Below, one piece after another: positions 26,646-37,870 of a stretch of DNA of 64,000 nt; position 1 is the stretch's first letter; every line of letters begins with the position of its first letter. The notes beneath the pieces were generated by a model that was given only the letters and a program-made list of their open reading frames with translations, was not told where the DNA came from and searched no databases. The stretch is taken from positions 12,113,950-12,177,949 of the forward strand of contig NC_134026.1 of the NCBI RefSeq assembly GCF_964204645.1. Reading direction: 5' to 3'. The position numbers and the translations under genes were made by a program. This stretch comes from Tubulanus polymorphus (Eukaryota; Animalia; Nemertea).

Positions 26646-27169
26646 ATGGAAGGGGAAAGCCACCAAAAAATGGTTATATGTCATTCGATAATCAAAAGGT
26701 TTAAATAGATGATGAAAAAATACAAAAAGATAGTGAAAACATATAAAACGGTGATGAAAACATGAAAAAATGTCAAAAGGTGATAAAAGGTCAATTGATG
26801 GTATTTTATCATATTTTCGTATCTTATCACCTTTTCATCTTTTACCACCTTTTTATTATCTTTCAACGGTTGCCAATAGCAACTCGCGAGGTACATACTT
26901 CATCCAATACGGAATAGAGACCACTGTCTCATCTACAAATTCTGCGCAGGCGTATTTGTAATATTGACTACTGCACCATCTATATACGAGATGAAGTACA
27001 ATATAGTTTATTGAATTGGAATTGAATTGCTGAACGTATGCACGTATACGCTTAATTTTTGGCGTTTGCCGTCTCCTACTCTTATTGTATCATCAGGTAC
27101 TTTAACATTAATTTCCATGTAGGCCCAGGCTAACTACAAAAATGTACGAAGTACTATCATATTACTAAC

Positions 27170-27700
27170 TATACATATTACAAAGTCTATTCATTTGAAA
27201 TAACTCATTTTTCGGTGCAAGGTCTCTTCCTTCCAATTCGGACCAATGAGACCATCGCCATGTATTCCCCCTTTGACATCTCCTAGTAACTCCCCCCTCA
27301 AATACACTTCTATGACAAGGAATAATGCTTTCTGTGCATATAACATATCAGCAAAGTCTATTTATTTGAAATAATTCATTTTTTGTTGCAAGGTCTCTTC
27401 CTTCCAATTTGGAACAATTAGACCATCGCCATGTATTCCCCCTTCGACATCTCCTAGTAACTCCCCCCTCAAATACACTTCTATGACAAGGAATAGTGCT
27501 TTTTGTTTACATAGTAAAATTAAGGAAGTCTATTTGTTTATTTGTTTGAAATTATTCATTTTTTGGGTGAAGGTCTCTTCCTTCCAATTCGGGCCAATGA
27601 GACTCTTCCTTCCAATATGGAACAATGAGACCATCGCCACTACACCTTCCACATCTCCTACATACTTGTACCCTTGAATACTTCTATTGCAAGGGTGCCT
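27170..27700. repeat. Diverged tandem repeat, ~172-bp unit, about 3 copies
   Basis: aagtctatt...aaggtctcttccttccaatt recurs near 27182, 27353 and 27526. Confidence 0.8.
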
Positions 27701-29358
27701 TCGTTGTGTATAACTGTATTTAAGAAACTTTATTATAAGGCTACAGATCAGATATAAGCTACGTCATAACGGGTTGCAATGAATCACGATTACATGATAT
27801 AGACCGTGCTGTATGTAGAAACATGTATGTTCATAACTTAGAAAATGTTTGACATCCTAGATACAAAAGCAAGTTAAGAATCCATCTGAACAAGCAAGAA
27901 ATAAGTGAAGGCTGTTTCAATTTGCATATTAGCACATATTCAATCATTCAAAAAAGTAGGACCAAACATACGCCTTGACCCAAACTGATATATGATGAGC
28001 ACATTCAAACATTAAATAAGTTGGATCAAACATACGCCTATGAGTCGGTCAATTAGAGGAGAGAACTGGTCCAGCATCGTTACTCATTAAAATAATGATC
28101 TACGGGAATAGTACAATTTTTACATTCAATCATTTAATATTTCTTAGTCAGATGTTACAAAAATATCTTCATCTTTACATGCCATTTTCACTGTCTGTTT
28201 ATACAGTCAAACTTGGTTAAAATATGACTCTCTCGTCTCATATTGGACAAGCACACTACTTAATGCCAAAAGTTCATCTAAATACAAATCCCTTAAAGTA
28301 TGAACCCATTGACAATGTGGGACACCTGAATTATTCGAAATTTTCATAATGTAAGTAATGCCTGAAAATGCTTTTTAGGTAGGATTTTCCAAAAATCTTT
28401 CGTTCTTTGTGTTTTCTTATTATAGACGGTCAATGAAATACCAGAAATGTATGTCACTTTTTTGTAGGTCTCAAGATTTGGCATTAAAAAGTGGTTTGAC
28501 TAAACACTGTATTATATGAGAATTAACAAAGAAATCCATTCGAATACATGTACTAAAAGATAAATCATTGACATTGAAAAACAATATAAGACAGTCATTG
28601 CTTATAACTGGAATCTAACAGCACTTAAAAAAAATATTGCTAGATTAAGTGAATTTTGAGTTACAGTAACTTTTCATAGAGGAAACTGTAAGTAGAACTA
28701 GATGTCTAGGGAACTGCCTACTTGGGAAGGTCTATCTGGGACTAAGGACAGACAAAACTGACAAACCGATCAGATAGACACTGGGTGCCATTCATACTCA
28801 AGACAGTTCATTTATGAATGTAGAACAATTTTCATATACAACTTAGTCACAATTTTGAATTTAATGTAATTTAAGGAGGAGGTGCTGAGTCACCTTGACC
28901 TTGATGGACTTTATATATGCTGCATAGATGCATATTGGGTAGGTAAATCCACACAGCACCAATCCTGTCGTCCGTCTATCAATGGGGTGAGTACTAAATG
29001 CATTGATGTACATGCGGCTTGCGCAGTATTCTTTCTCTACACAACACAATAGACTCTGCCTAAACCAATGCCGGTCAATTCGGTAATTTGCTCAACTTTG
29101 TAGAATAATCTTAAGTTTTGCGCTACCAATTTCGTATCATCGTTACTTCAACAAATGACAAGCAGTTAGCCAGATACAGTCCTCTTTCTTCTTTATAACT
29201 TCTAGCAAAACCTAGAACGATATATGTAAATACATAGCCTAAATTCCAATGAATCTAATCTTTGTTCTAGCATTTTATAATCTAGCGTAATATGTTGTTA
29301 TAATAGCTCAATCGATGCGTTTAAAACTTTGCATCCTCAAATTTTTTTAAAGCAAGCA

Positions 29359-29535
29359 CAGTCGACTCCGCTTACCTCAGATCTCTTTGGAACCAGGATT
29401 TGCTGTCCGAGCTACATAATATTACAACGTTAGGAAGGCAAATTTGAATGGAATATGAAGCAAAGGGACCAAAATTTCGGCCCGAGATAAAAGAATTCGA
29501 GACTTCTACAGATCCAACATAGGTGGAGTCTACTG
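29359..29535. mobile_element. Tc1/mariner-type MITE
   Basis: Imperfect TIRs cagtcgactccgctta...taggtggagtctactg, followed by TA. Confidence 0.5.
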
Positions 29536-30764
29536 TATTTCACATTATATTGCAAATAAGCAAAACAAGGAAAATAGTTTCAGTATACTAAAAAAGATAG
29601 AAAATACCTCAGTATCAGGCTTTAACAGGTTTCTGCACAATTCCATCGAGCTTCGAATCTGAAGTGGAAATTAAAAAGTCTGAACATTTCAAGAGAAAAT
29701 AATACATGAAAATATCTTTAGATTACTAAGGTACCTATAACTGTTCACTTCAATAGCATCAAAGGAATTTAAATGACCCCGTACTTATTCCAGAGATAAC
29801 CAAGAAGATAATAAGAGATACATGTACATACCTGTGAATCTGAAAATGGTCCTTTCACATTTTGGTCGATACAACGGCAATTGGTGGTTCTCAACGACAC
29901 ATCTTACATTCTGAAATGTAATAAGAGACTGAGACTCAGTATTCCTGAACACACGAGTGCGAACTGATTTAAAATTCAACATATTTTTTCATAATGCGAC
30001 TATAGTATTGAGGTATTATAAAAGTACACAATTGCATGCAAGCATCATCATATCCTGCACTTGTAGATTATGAAAAATATGCCACTTCTAGGTCTCAGAA
30101 TACATTGAAAGGAGTTCTCTTTTTTTCTGTTCAATATTTAAAATTTGAATTATAATTAAATATTATTACCATCAAAACTTAATTTACGCACCTTACACAA
30201 CTTTCTGCTTAGAGTAACTGGCTGGCTATACCACGATTTACTATAATGAAAAGTAACAACACAGATGAGCATCAACAAAACATATCCAGGAATTTTAAAT
30301 TGGTCAAGGGCATCCATTCATTTACTAAGCGGGCTGTAAGTATAGGTTATAAACTGATTAATGATCTGTTTGGCATATACTGGCGTCGATGGCGATATAG
30401 CCAGACAGCTGAATTTCCCATACAGATCATTAATCGGTTTACGGCCATTTTATAAACCGAGGCAGACCATTTAAGACCAATAATGCATAAACCTGTTTGT
30501 GAAATACACCTAATCATGACTGTGACATTTCAATCGATTTACATACTTACTTGATTTATACTCGATAAAGAAAGTTCTTTGAAAATGATGACTAAAAACC
30601 ATGTAACAGACATTGTTATGAACTGTCTAAAAATCTAGTGTTTTGCATTAGGTTTCACGTCTCAGTCAAAGTCAAACAAACAATCAACCTGTTTCTGATA
30701 TTGCATTATTAATTCATTTAACGATTTTTGTAGTGCTCATAATATTTAAACTTAATCAACTTAC

Positions 30765-30981
30765 TCTAAAATATGTGTTGTACATATACCACACTTGTGA
30801 TCATCTGCTGTTTCCAAGTCACTTTTTGGGAGTGACTCTCCTAGGCAGGCGATGTGGTACCACTGCCAGCATTGCATACACTCGACCCATTCCTCCTGTG
30901 TAGGATTGCTGCAGCAACCTATAGCACCTGCCCCACAGATCTCTTTGCTGCCACCAAGAAATCCTGGGACAGTACAGACAG
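30765..30981 (-). CDS. Exon encoding a PHD-finger-like domain (host or transposon gene)
   Basis: AG acceptor and GTAAGT donor enclose the open frame EICGAGAIGCC..EEWVECMQCWQWYHIACLG..HKCGIC. Confidence 0.65.
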
Positions 30982-31342
30982 CTGGTATTATATGACCGAA
31001 ACTGGAAGATTTATATGGTTAGTCATCTTTGATTGTTTTCATTTATCCACTCACATCTAAACATAAACCAGTAGTTGTTAAGTGGTAGCATTATAATATC
31101 GATCCCATTGAACTATAGTACAATGCGAGTTCATTAAAAACCTACCGTTTTGATCCGGGTTTTGTTGGTACCCAACACACATTTATCACTTTTATTGGCA
31201 TTTGTATACCATATACTGCTTCTTTATATGGTTTATCAATTTCCTTCGCTCCTTGACAATGCTGCTGAATGGTTATTGCAAATGTACAGCAAGCAAGTTG
31301 AAAATGAATAAGAGCTGGAAAGACATGAATACTTCATCAGTA

Positions 31343-31516
31343 CAGTTGACCACGGTTATATTGTAGGCTTTTGTATCGTAGAAATGGTTATATCGTATTT
31401 TCTATTTTGTCCATATATTTCTATTCCTTCAGTGTTAACCCGGTATATATCGTACAGTGGTTATATTCTAGCAAAACTGCGACATTTTACTACAACAATA
31501 TAACCGTGGTCGACTG
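31343..31516. mobile_element. Tc1/mariner-type MITE with TA TSD
   Basis: TA-cagttgaccacggttatattg...caatataaccgtggtcgactg-TA. Confidence 0.75.
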
Positions 31517-31595
31517 TATATGCAGCAACATTTCTTAAAAGGGATATTCAGTAGGATCAAAAGTGCCTAAGAATCTATTCCAAAATTTCAATATC

Positions 31596-34378
31596 AACTA
31601 GGGATCCAGGGACACCACGCCCACTTGGGAAGTGCTTTGAAATGCTTAACAGAAAATGTCAATATTCAACGCCCCCTGGTGAACATATTAAGAATGCAAT
31701 GACCTTACAACTCATCACAATCATAGAACATGTCATGAGCTACAATTTTGCAATTGATTGTGGTTATAATATATGCCTGGGCACAATAAAATATGAAAAT
31801 AGTAAGTTATTCGGCTATTCAATGCCCCTGGTGACCATATTCGATGGATTCTTTTGAACACATCGTGATGCTCTGGATCTTGTTATCTAGACTATTGGAC
31901 AAATTTTATATACACAAGGTGAAAAACTTTGTTCGGTGTACACACAGAGAGACTCGCAGAGACAATTAGTTTGAGTAGCCTAATAGCAATAATGTGTTCA
32001 TAAGCTGGCTGCTTACCAATTATAATCAACAGTTACTTGCCAATCACTAACACTATCAATTTAAATCAATTAATTCGATATTTCTAAGATTAACTAGGGG
32101 TCCAGGGACACCATGCCCACTTGGAAAGTGGTTTCAAATGCTCAACAATCTGACAATTTCAATATTCAACACCGCCTGGTGACCATATACAAAAACCAAT
32201 GACCTTGAAACTCACCACAATCATAGAATATGTCACAAGCTACAATTTTGCAATTCATTGTGGTTACAAAATATGCCTGGGTACCAATAGAATATGAAAA
32301 TAGTTAGTTATTCGGATATACAATGCCCCCTGTTGACCATATACAAGAACAAATGACCTTGAAACTCATCACAATTATAGAACATGTCATGAGCTACAAT
32401 TTTGCAATTGATTGTGGTTACAAAATATGTCTGGGTACCAATAAATAGGAAAATACTAAGTTATTCGACTATTCAACGCCCCCTGGTGACCATATACAAA
32501 ACCAATGACCTTGAAACTCAAGACACAATCATACAACATGTCATAAGCTACAACTTTGCAATTGATTGTGGTTACAAAATATCCATAGGTGCCAATTTAA
32601 TTAGGCAAATTGTATATAATTCAATATTCAACTCTCCCTGGTGGCGAAAAAAACCCTGGGTAAACCCAATTCCACGTGAGGAGATGAATACTACGACAGT
32701 GATACTTTTTATCAAATATCAAGACTATAAGTCAAAACCTGTCGATAATTTCCTTTAAAAGCCTTTTTGTGAGGACTGATGACACTAAGATGGCCGCCGA
32801 TTGCGTCACGCTTGACCGATGAAAGAATCTGTTGATATGTATAAAGAGCCATTCTTAAGGTATAAGCATCGTGAATTTCAGCGAAAAATGTCAAACCATT
32901 TAGAGGCTACAGGTCTTGGAATTCAGAACAAAAATGTCCTTTTTGGGCACAAAAAAGGTCACAAGACGGCCATCTTGGGTCCGATCGACCCAATTTTTTT
33001 ATACTGGTGCACCATAGGGGGATACAAACACTTTTGAAAGATAATTGATCAAAGCGTTTTCAAAATTTCCCAAGAAAACTTCAGAAATGTGTAAAAAGTG
33101 CTGATTTTGGCGAACAACAATGGTTTCCAGTCGGCCATCTTGATTTTGATCGGGCCAGTTTTCGGGCAGAAGATCAGTTTGAACAATAAATGGTGTGCCA
33201 TAAAGAAATGATTTAAAATGACGTACACCATACAGTATTGCTGCTAGTTCTTTGCGTGTGGTATTATAGTTTAATTCTGCCTTGGTTAATTGTTTCGATA
33301 CATACGCAATTGGGTGCTCTTTTCCATCATCAGATATTTGACTCAAAACCTTACCACATGCTACATTACTAGCGTCACACTGCAGTACGAATGAATTGTC
33401 AAAATCAGGGAATTTGAGAATTGGATCCGATTGTAATGCTAATTTCAGAGTTTCGAACGATTTCTGACACTCATCCGACCATGTGAATTTTATATCCTTT
33501 TGTAACAATGATGTCAAAGGTTTTGCTATCGTGGCATAATCTTTTACAAATGACCTATAAAACCCAGTGAGCCCTAAAAATGTTACACATGTATCTACCC
33601 TAGACACATCTTCAGCCCAAAAACTGGCCCTGTCAGATTCAAGATGGCCGACTGGCAGCCATTGTTGTTCGCCAAAATCAGCACTTTTTACACATTTTTG
33701 AACTTTTTGAGGGGAATTTTGAAGACGCTTTGATCAATTACCTGGATCTTTTGGATATATGTGAATTCCCCCAGGGCACATCAGCATAACAAAAAATGGG
33801 TCGATCGGACTCAAGATGGCCGTCCTATGACCTTTTTAGTGCCAAAAATGTTAATTTTGGCCCAAATTCTGAGTCCTGTAGCTTCCTACTGGTTTATCAT
33901 TTCTCATTGCAATTTGTGATGGGTATTCTTTGGAAAGGGATGTTTTATACCTGAGACAGGTATTTTTCATCAGCCAATTATGACGCAATTGGCGGCCATC
34001 TTGGTGTCAGCAGTACTCGTTCGTAAGTGGGAAAAAGTTTGTCCACAAAATATTGATACCTAAGCGTATTTTGTTACCACAATCATTTAGAAAGTTGTAG
34101 CTCATAACGTGTTCTATGATTGTGGTGAGTTTCAAGGTCATTGGTTTTTGTATATGGCCACCAGGGGGCGTTGAATAATGCAATATCTTAGTATTTCTAT
34201 ATTATATTCGTATCAATGCTTATTTTGTAACCACAATCAATTGCAAAGTTGTAGCTCATGACATCATCTATGATTCTGGCAAGTTTTAAGGCCATTAGTT
34301 ATTCTATATGGTCACCAGGGGGCGTTGAATAGTAGAATAACTTAGTATTTCCTTATTATATTGGTACCTAGGCATATT
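31596..34378. repeat. Large imperfect palindrome of a non-autonomous repeat with ~130-bp subunits
   Basis: The left arm ending gggccagttttcgggcagaagat (33174) mirrors the right arm starting atcttcagcccaaaaactggccc (33608). Homology continues outward to 34378. Confidence 0.8.
33175..33607 (-). pseudogene. Ty3/Gypsy pol fragment (RT connection and RNase H)
   Basis: FLGLTGFYRSFV, FVLQCDAS, HPIAYVSKQL, ELNYNTTRKELAAI and FIVQTD. Confidence 0.9.
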
Positions 34379-34613
34379 AGTAATAGGGGTAATGGGCTTT
34401 CAGGCCAAAGGTCGAAGGGTCGAGCTCATAAAAAATGAAAAACATGAAAATAATAACAATTTCTACTTGAATTCGAGCGCGCGAGAATTATTTTTCATTT
34501 TTTATGAGTTTCACTCCTAATTCAAGTAGAAATTGTTATTATTTTCATGTTTTTCATTTTTAATGAACTCGACCATTCAACCTTTAATCTGAAAGCCCAT
34601 TACCCCTATTACT
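34379..34613. repeat. 235-bp hairpin with 95-bp arms made of Polinton-like termini
   Basis: Arms at 34379-34473 and 34519-34613. Starts AGTAATAGGGGTAATGGGCTTTCAG and ends CTGAAAGCCCATTACCCCTATTACT. Confidence 0.9.
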
Positions 34614-34733
34614 CTTAAAATATTCATATACATGAATAAAATATATATGAATAACATATAAATTGATAGATTATTCAATATAAAAGTGTGAGTGAAATAA
34701 TTCATATTTAAAACATTGAATATTTATATTTGA

Positions 34734-35378
34734 ATGAGTTTTAATAAAAGTTTTGTTATTAAAATGAAGAAAGAAGAAGAAGAACCCAACTTTAAAATCG
34801 AAATCAATGAAACCAATAAATCATCTTCACAGTTTTACATTAAAAATTATATTTCAGCAACAAATTTAGTGACCGCAAGGTATTATAAAATTGAAAATAT
34901 TACTGTAATTAATCAAATATTATCAAATGAAACATATTTGATTACTGAACTGATAGATACTTTTGATAATGGTGTTAAAAATCCTAAAGTATTCAATACA
35001 GTTTTAAATTTTAAAGGAACTTTAGATGAAAACATAATTAATATTCTTAAAACTCCTTTCAATGAAAGAAATGATGATATAATACTTTCAAAAGATTACA
35101 ATGATTTGATCAACTTAAGAATTGAAAAAAGACAATTATATTATTTCAATTTTGATAATAAACAAATTATCTATAACGAAAATTCATCAAATATTGGAAT
35201 TCAATGTGAATTAGATAATGAAAAATCATTTAAAGATATTGCAGTTCAATGTAATTTAGATGATGAATTTAGAAAATTCAATCCTAATGAAAAAGTGCAT
35301 TGTTATTGCGGAGGTAAATATTTAAAATCACATAAATCAAAGCATTATGAAACAATTAAACATAAAAACTGGCGTTAA
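34734..35378 (+). CDS. Hypothetical protein with a C-terminal C2H2-type zinc finger
   Basis: Intact, intronless, AT-rich 214-aa ORF ending EKVHCYCGGKYLKSHKSKHYETIKH. Confidence 0.65.
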   Translation: MSFNKSFVIKMKKEEEEPNFKIEINETNKSSSQFYIKNYISATNLVTARYYKIENITVINQILSNETYLITELIDTFDNGVKNPKVFNTVLNFKGTLDENIINILKTPFNERNDDIILSKDYNDLINLRIEKRQLYYFNFDNKQIIYNENSSNIGIQCELDNEKSFKDIAVQCNLDDEFRKFNPNEKVHCYCGGKYLKSHKSKHYETIKHKNWR

Positions 35379-35436
35379 GAGTAACAATTCTACATTATAA
35401 TTATTGAATTGAGTTAAATGATTTAAATATCTAATA

Positions 35437-36473
35437 GACTGTTAAAATGATAAATTGTTTGACAGTTAAAATGATAAATTGTTTGACAGTTGAAATGATA
35501 AATTGTTTGACAGTTAAAATGATAAATTGTTTGGCAGTTGAAATGATAAATTGTTTGACAGTTGAAATGATAAATTGTTTGACAGTTGAAATGATAAATT
35601 GTTTGACAGTTGAAATGATAAATTGTTTGACAGTTGAAATGATAAATTGTTTGACAGTTGAAATGATAAATTGTTTGACAGAGTGATAAATTGTTTGACA
35701 GTTAAAATTATAAATTGTTTGACAGTTGAAATGATAAATTGTTAGACAGTTGAAATGATAAATTGTTTGACAGTTGAAATGATAAATTGTTTGACAGTTG
35801 AAATGATAAATTGTTCGACTGTTGAAATGATAAGAGAGTTAAAATGATAAATTGTTTGACAGTTGAAATGATAAATTGTTTGACAGTTGAAATGATAAAT
35901 TGTTCGACTGTTGAAATGATAAATTGTTTGACAGTTGAAATGATAAATTGTTTGACAGTTGAAATGATAAATTGTTCGACTGTTGAAATGATAAGACAGT
36001 TAAAATGATAAATTGTTTGACAGTTAAAATGATAAATTGTTTGACAGTTGAAATGATAAATTGTTTGACAGTTGAAATGATAAATTGTTTGACAGTTGAA
36101 ATGATAAATTGTTTGACAGTTGAAATGCTAAATTGTTTGACAGTTGAAATGATAAATTGTTTGACAGTTGAAATGATAAGACAGCTGTAATGATAAATTG
36201 TTTGACAGTTAAAATGATAAATTGTTTGACAGTTGAAATGATAAATTGTTTGACAGTTGAAATGATAAATTGTTTGACAGTTGAAATGATAAATTGTTTG
36301 ACAGTTGAAATGATAAATTGTTTGACAGTTGAAATGATAAATTGTTTGACAGTTGAAATGATAAATTGTTTTACAGTTGAAATGATAAATTTTTAGACAG
36401 TTGAAATGATAAATTGTTTGACTGTTGAAATGTTAAATTGTTAGACTGTTGAAATGTTAAATTGTTTGGCTGT
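35437..36473. repeat. Minisatellite, 24-bp unit GACAGTTGAAATGATAAATTGTTT, about 43 copies
   Basis: Directly visible and highly homogeneous, with a few truncated units. Confidence 0.97.
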
Positions 36474-36592
36474 AAATTTAATTGTTATTTGATTTAATCA
36501 TTTAAAAGTTTAATATTTTTAAAATGATTATAAAATATTTAATTAAAAACTAGCAAATATTTTATAAACTGTTTAATTTTTCTCTTAAATAA

Positions 36593-36811
36593 ATGGATGG
36601 TTTCATCCCAACTGGGAAAAGTGATTTGAAACATTATTTAGTAGCAGGCGGATTAATATTGGCTGCGCTTTTCTTTTATTATGAAAATATCAGTAAGGAT
36701 TTGATTAATGAAAATATAAAATTGAGCAAGAAATTAAAGAAGTTAAATGGAAACAATCACAGAAAGGATAACAATACAAAAGTTAATGATTTAAATGATT
36801 TGGAGGATTAA
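36593..36811 (+). CDS. Small single-TM protein preceded by the Polinton-type start motif
   Basis: aatttttctcttaaaTAAATG start and hydrophobic segment LVAGGLILAALFFYY. Confidence 0.55.
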   Translation: MDGFIPTGKSDLKHYLVAGGLILAALFFYYENISKDLINENIKLSKKLKKLNGNNHRKDNNTKVNDLNDLED

Positions 36812-37699
36812 AACAGCATGTATTAATTTAATTTATTCTATATATTTTGACTATAAAAATGAGTGAAAATAAGGTATTAGAAATATAACATCTAATATAT
36901 AAAAATCAACAGAATATTAAATCAATTATTATGATTTCAGGTTTATTTTCATTCTCAGTTTATACTATAAAACAGTTGTTAGAATTCTATGATTGCTGTA
37001 AAATTAGATACACTGAATTAATAGAAAATATGAATTATATTTCAGATCGAATAAATAATATTAAATGCTGTGAAATATGTAATAAAAGATATAAAAATAA
37101 AAGAGTTTGAGAAATCACATGTATATTCATGAACTTGATGAAAAATTATATGAATCAAAATAAGAAATCGACTGTTAAATTAGCTGAAAATATAAAATAT
37201 ATTAGTTGAAATGTATGAAAATAAAAGTTAATAAAAAAGGGGGGTTGAGGTATCAATGTATTAGATACCCTATTAGATACCCTAATACCAGGTATTAAAT
37301 ACGTATCAAATACGTATTGATGGTATTAAATACATATTATGCTTTATTTCTGAAAATGAAGTAACAGAAGTAATTTATGTTTTAATTCATTCAAGTATGA
37401 TATTGTAAATTCTTTACATTTGACTAGGATAATACAAGAGTGATATTAGTTAGTTGGCTTATTCAATAAGAGAAACAATGAAATAATACAAGAGTGATAC
37501 TAACAGTTAAAGTTATTGAATTTCTTGTTAAATCTATTTGAATTCTAGTCAATTCTTGTTTGCCAATAGCGCGAATAGAAATCAAAACGATTTAAATAAA
37601 AAAACAATAAGTTAAATAAGTTAGTATTAGATAAAGTAACTAAGTAACTAAGAATTCTTCCAAAACCACATCAAAAGTGTAATCAACATCCTTCCTTCC

Positions 37700-37870
37700 C
37701 TTCTGCATCACGTTTTGGATTCGCTCTCCCTTTTAAAAACATAGGGAAAGCGGCTAGAGCTTTTGACTTTTTCCAACCCCCAAATTCTACCCGCTCTTCA
37801 AAATCTCGAATAAATCTATTGATATCCCCATCTGCATCACCTGAATAGGTGGTTTCGGCCCTAAATGTTT
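37700..37870 (-). pseudogene. LTR-retrotransposon gag fragment
   Basis: TYSGDADGDINRFIRDFEERVEFGGWKKSKALAAFPMFLKGRA resembles a Gypsy capsid N-terminus. Confidence 0.55.

Noticed and set aside
35437-36473. CRISPR array, or real MINCLTVE repeat proteins
   Set aside because: Units are contiguous with no unique spacers and no cas genes. The ORFs are by-products of a 24-bp period and are broken by truncated units.
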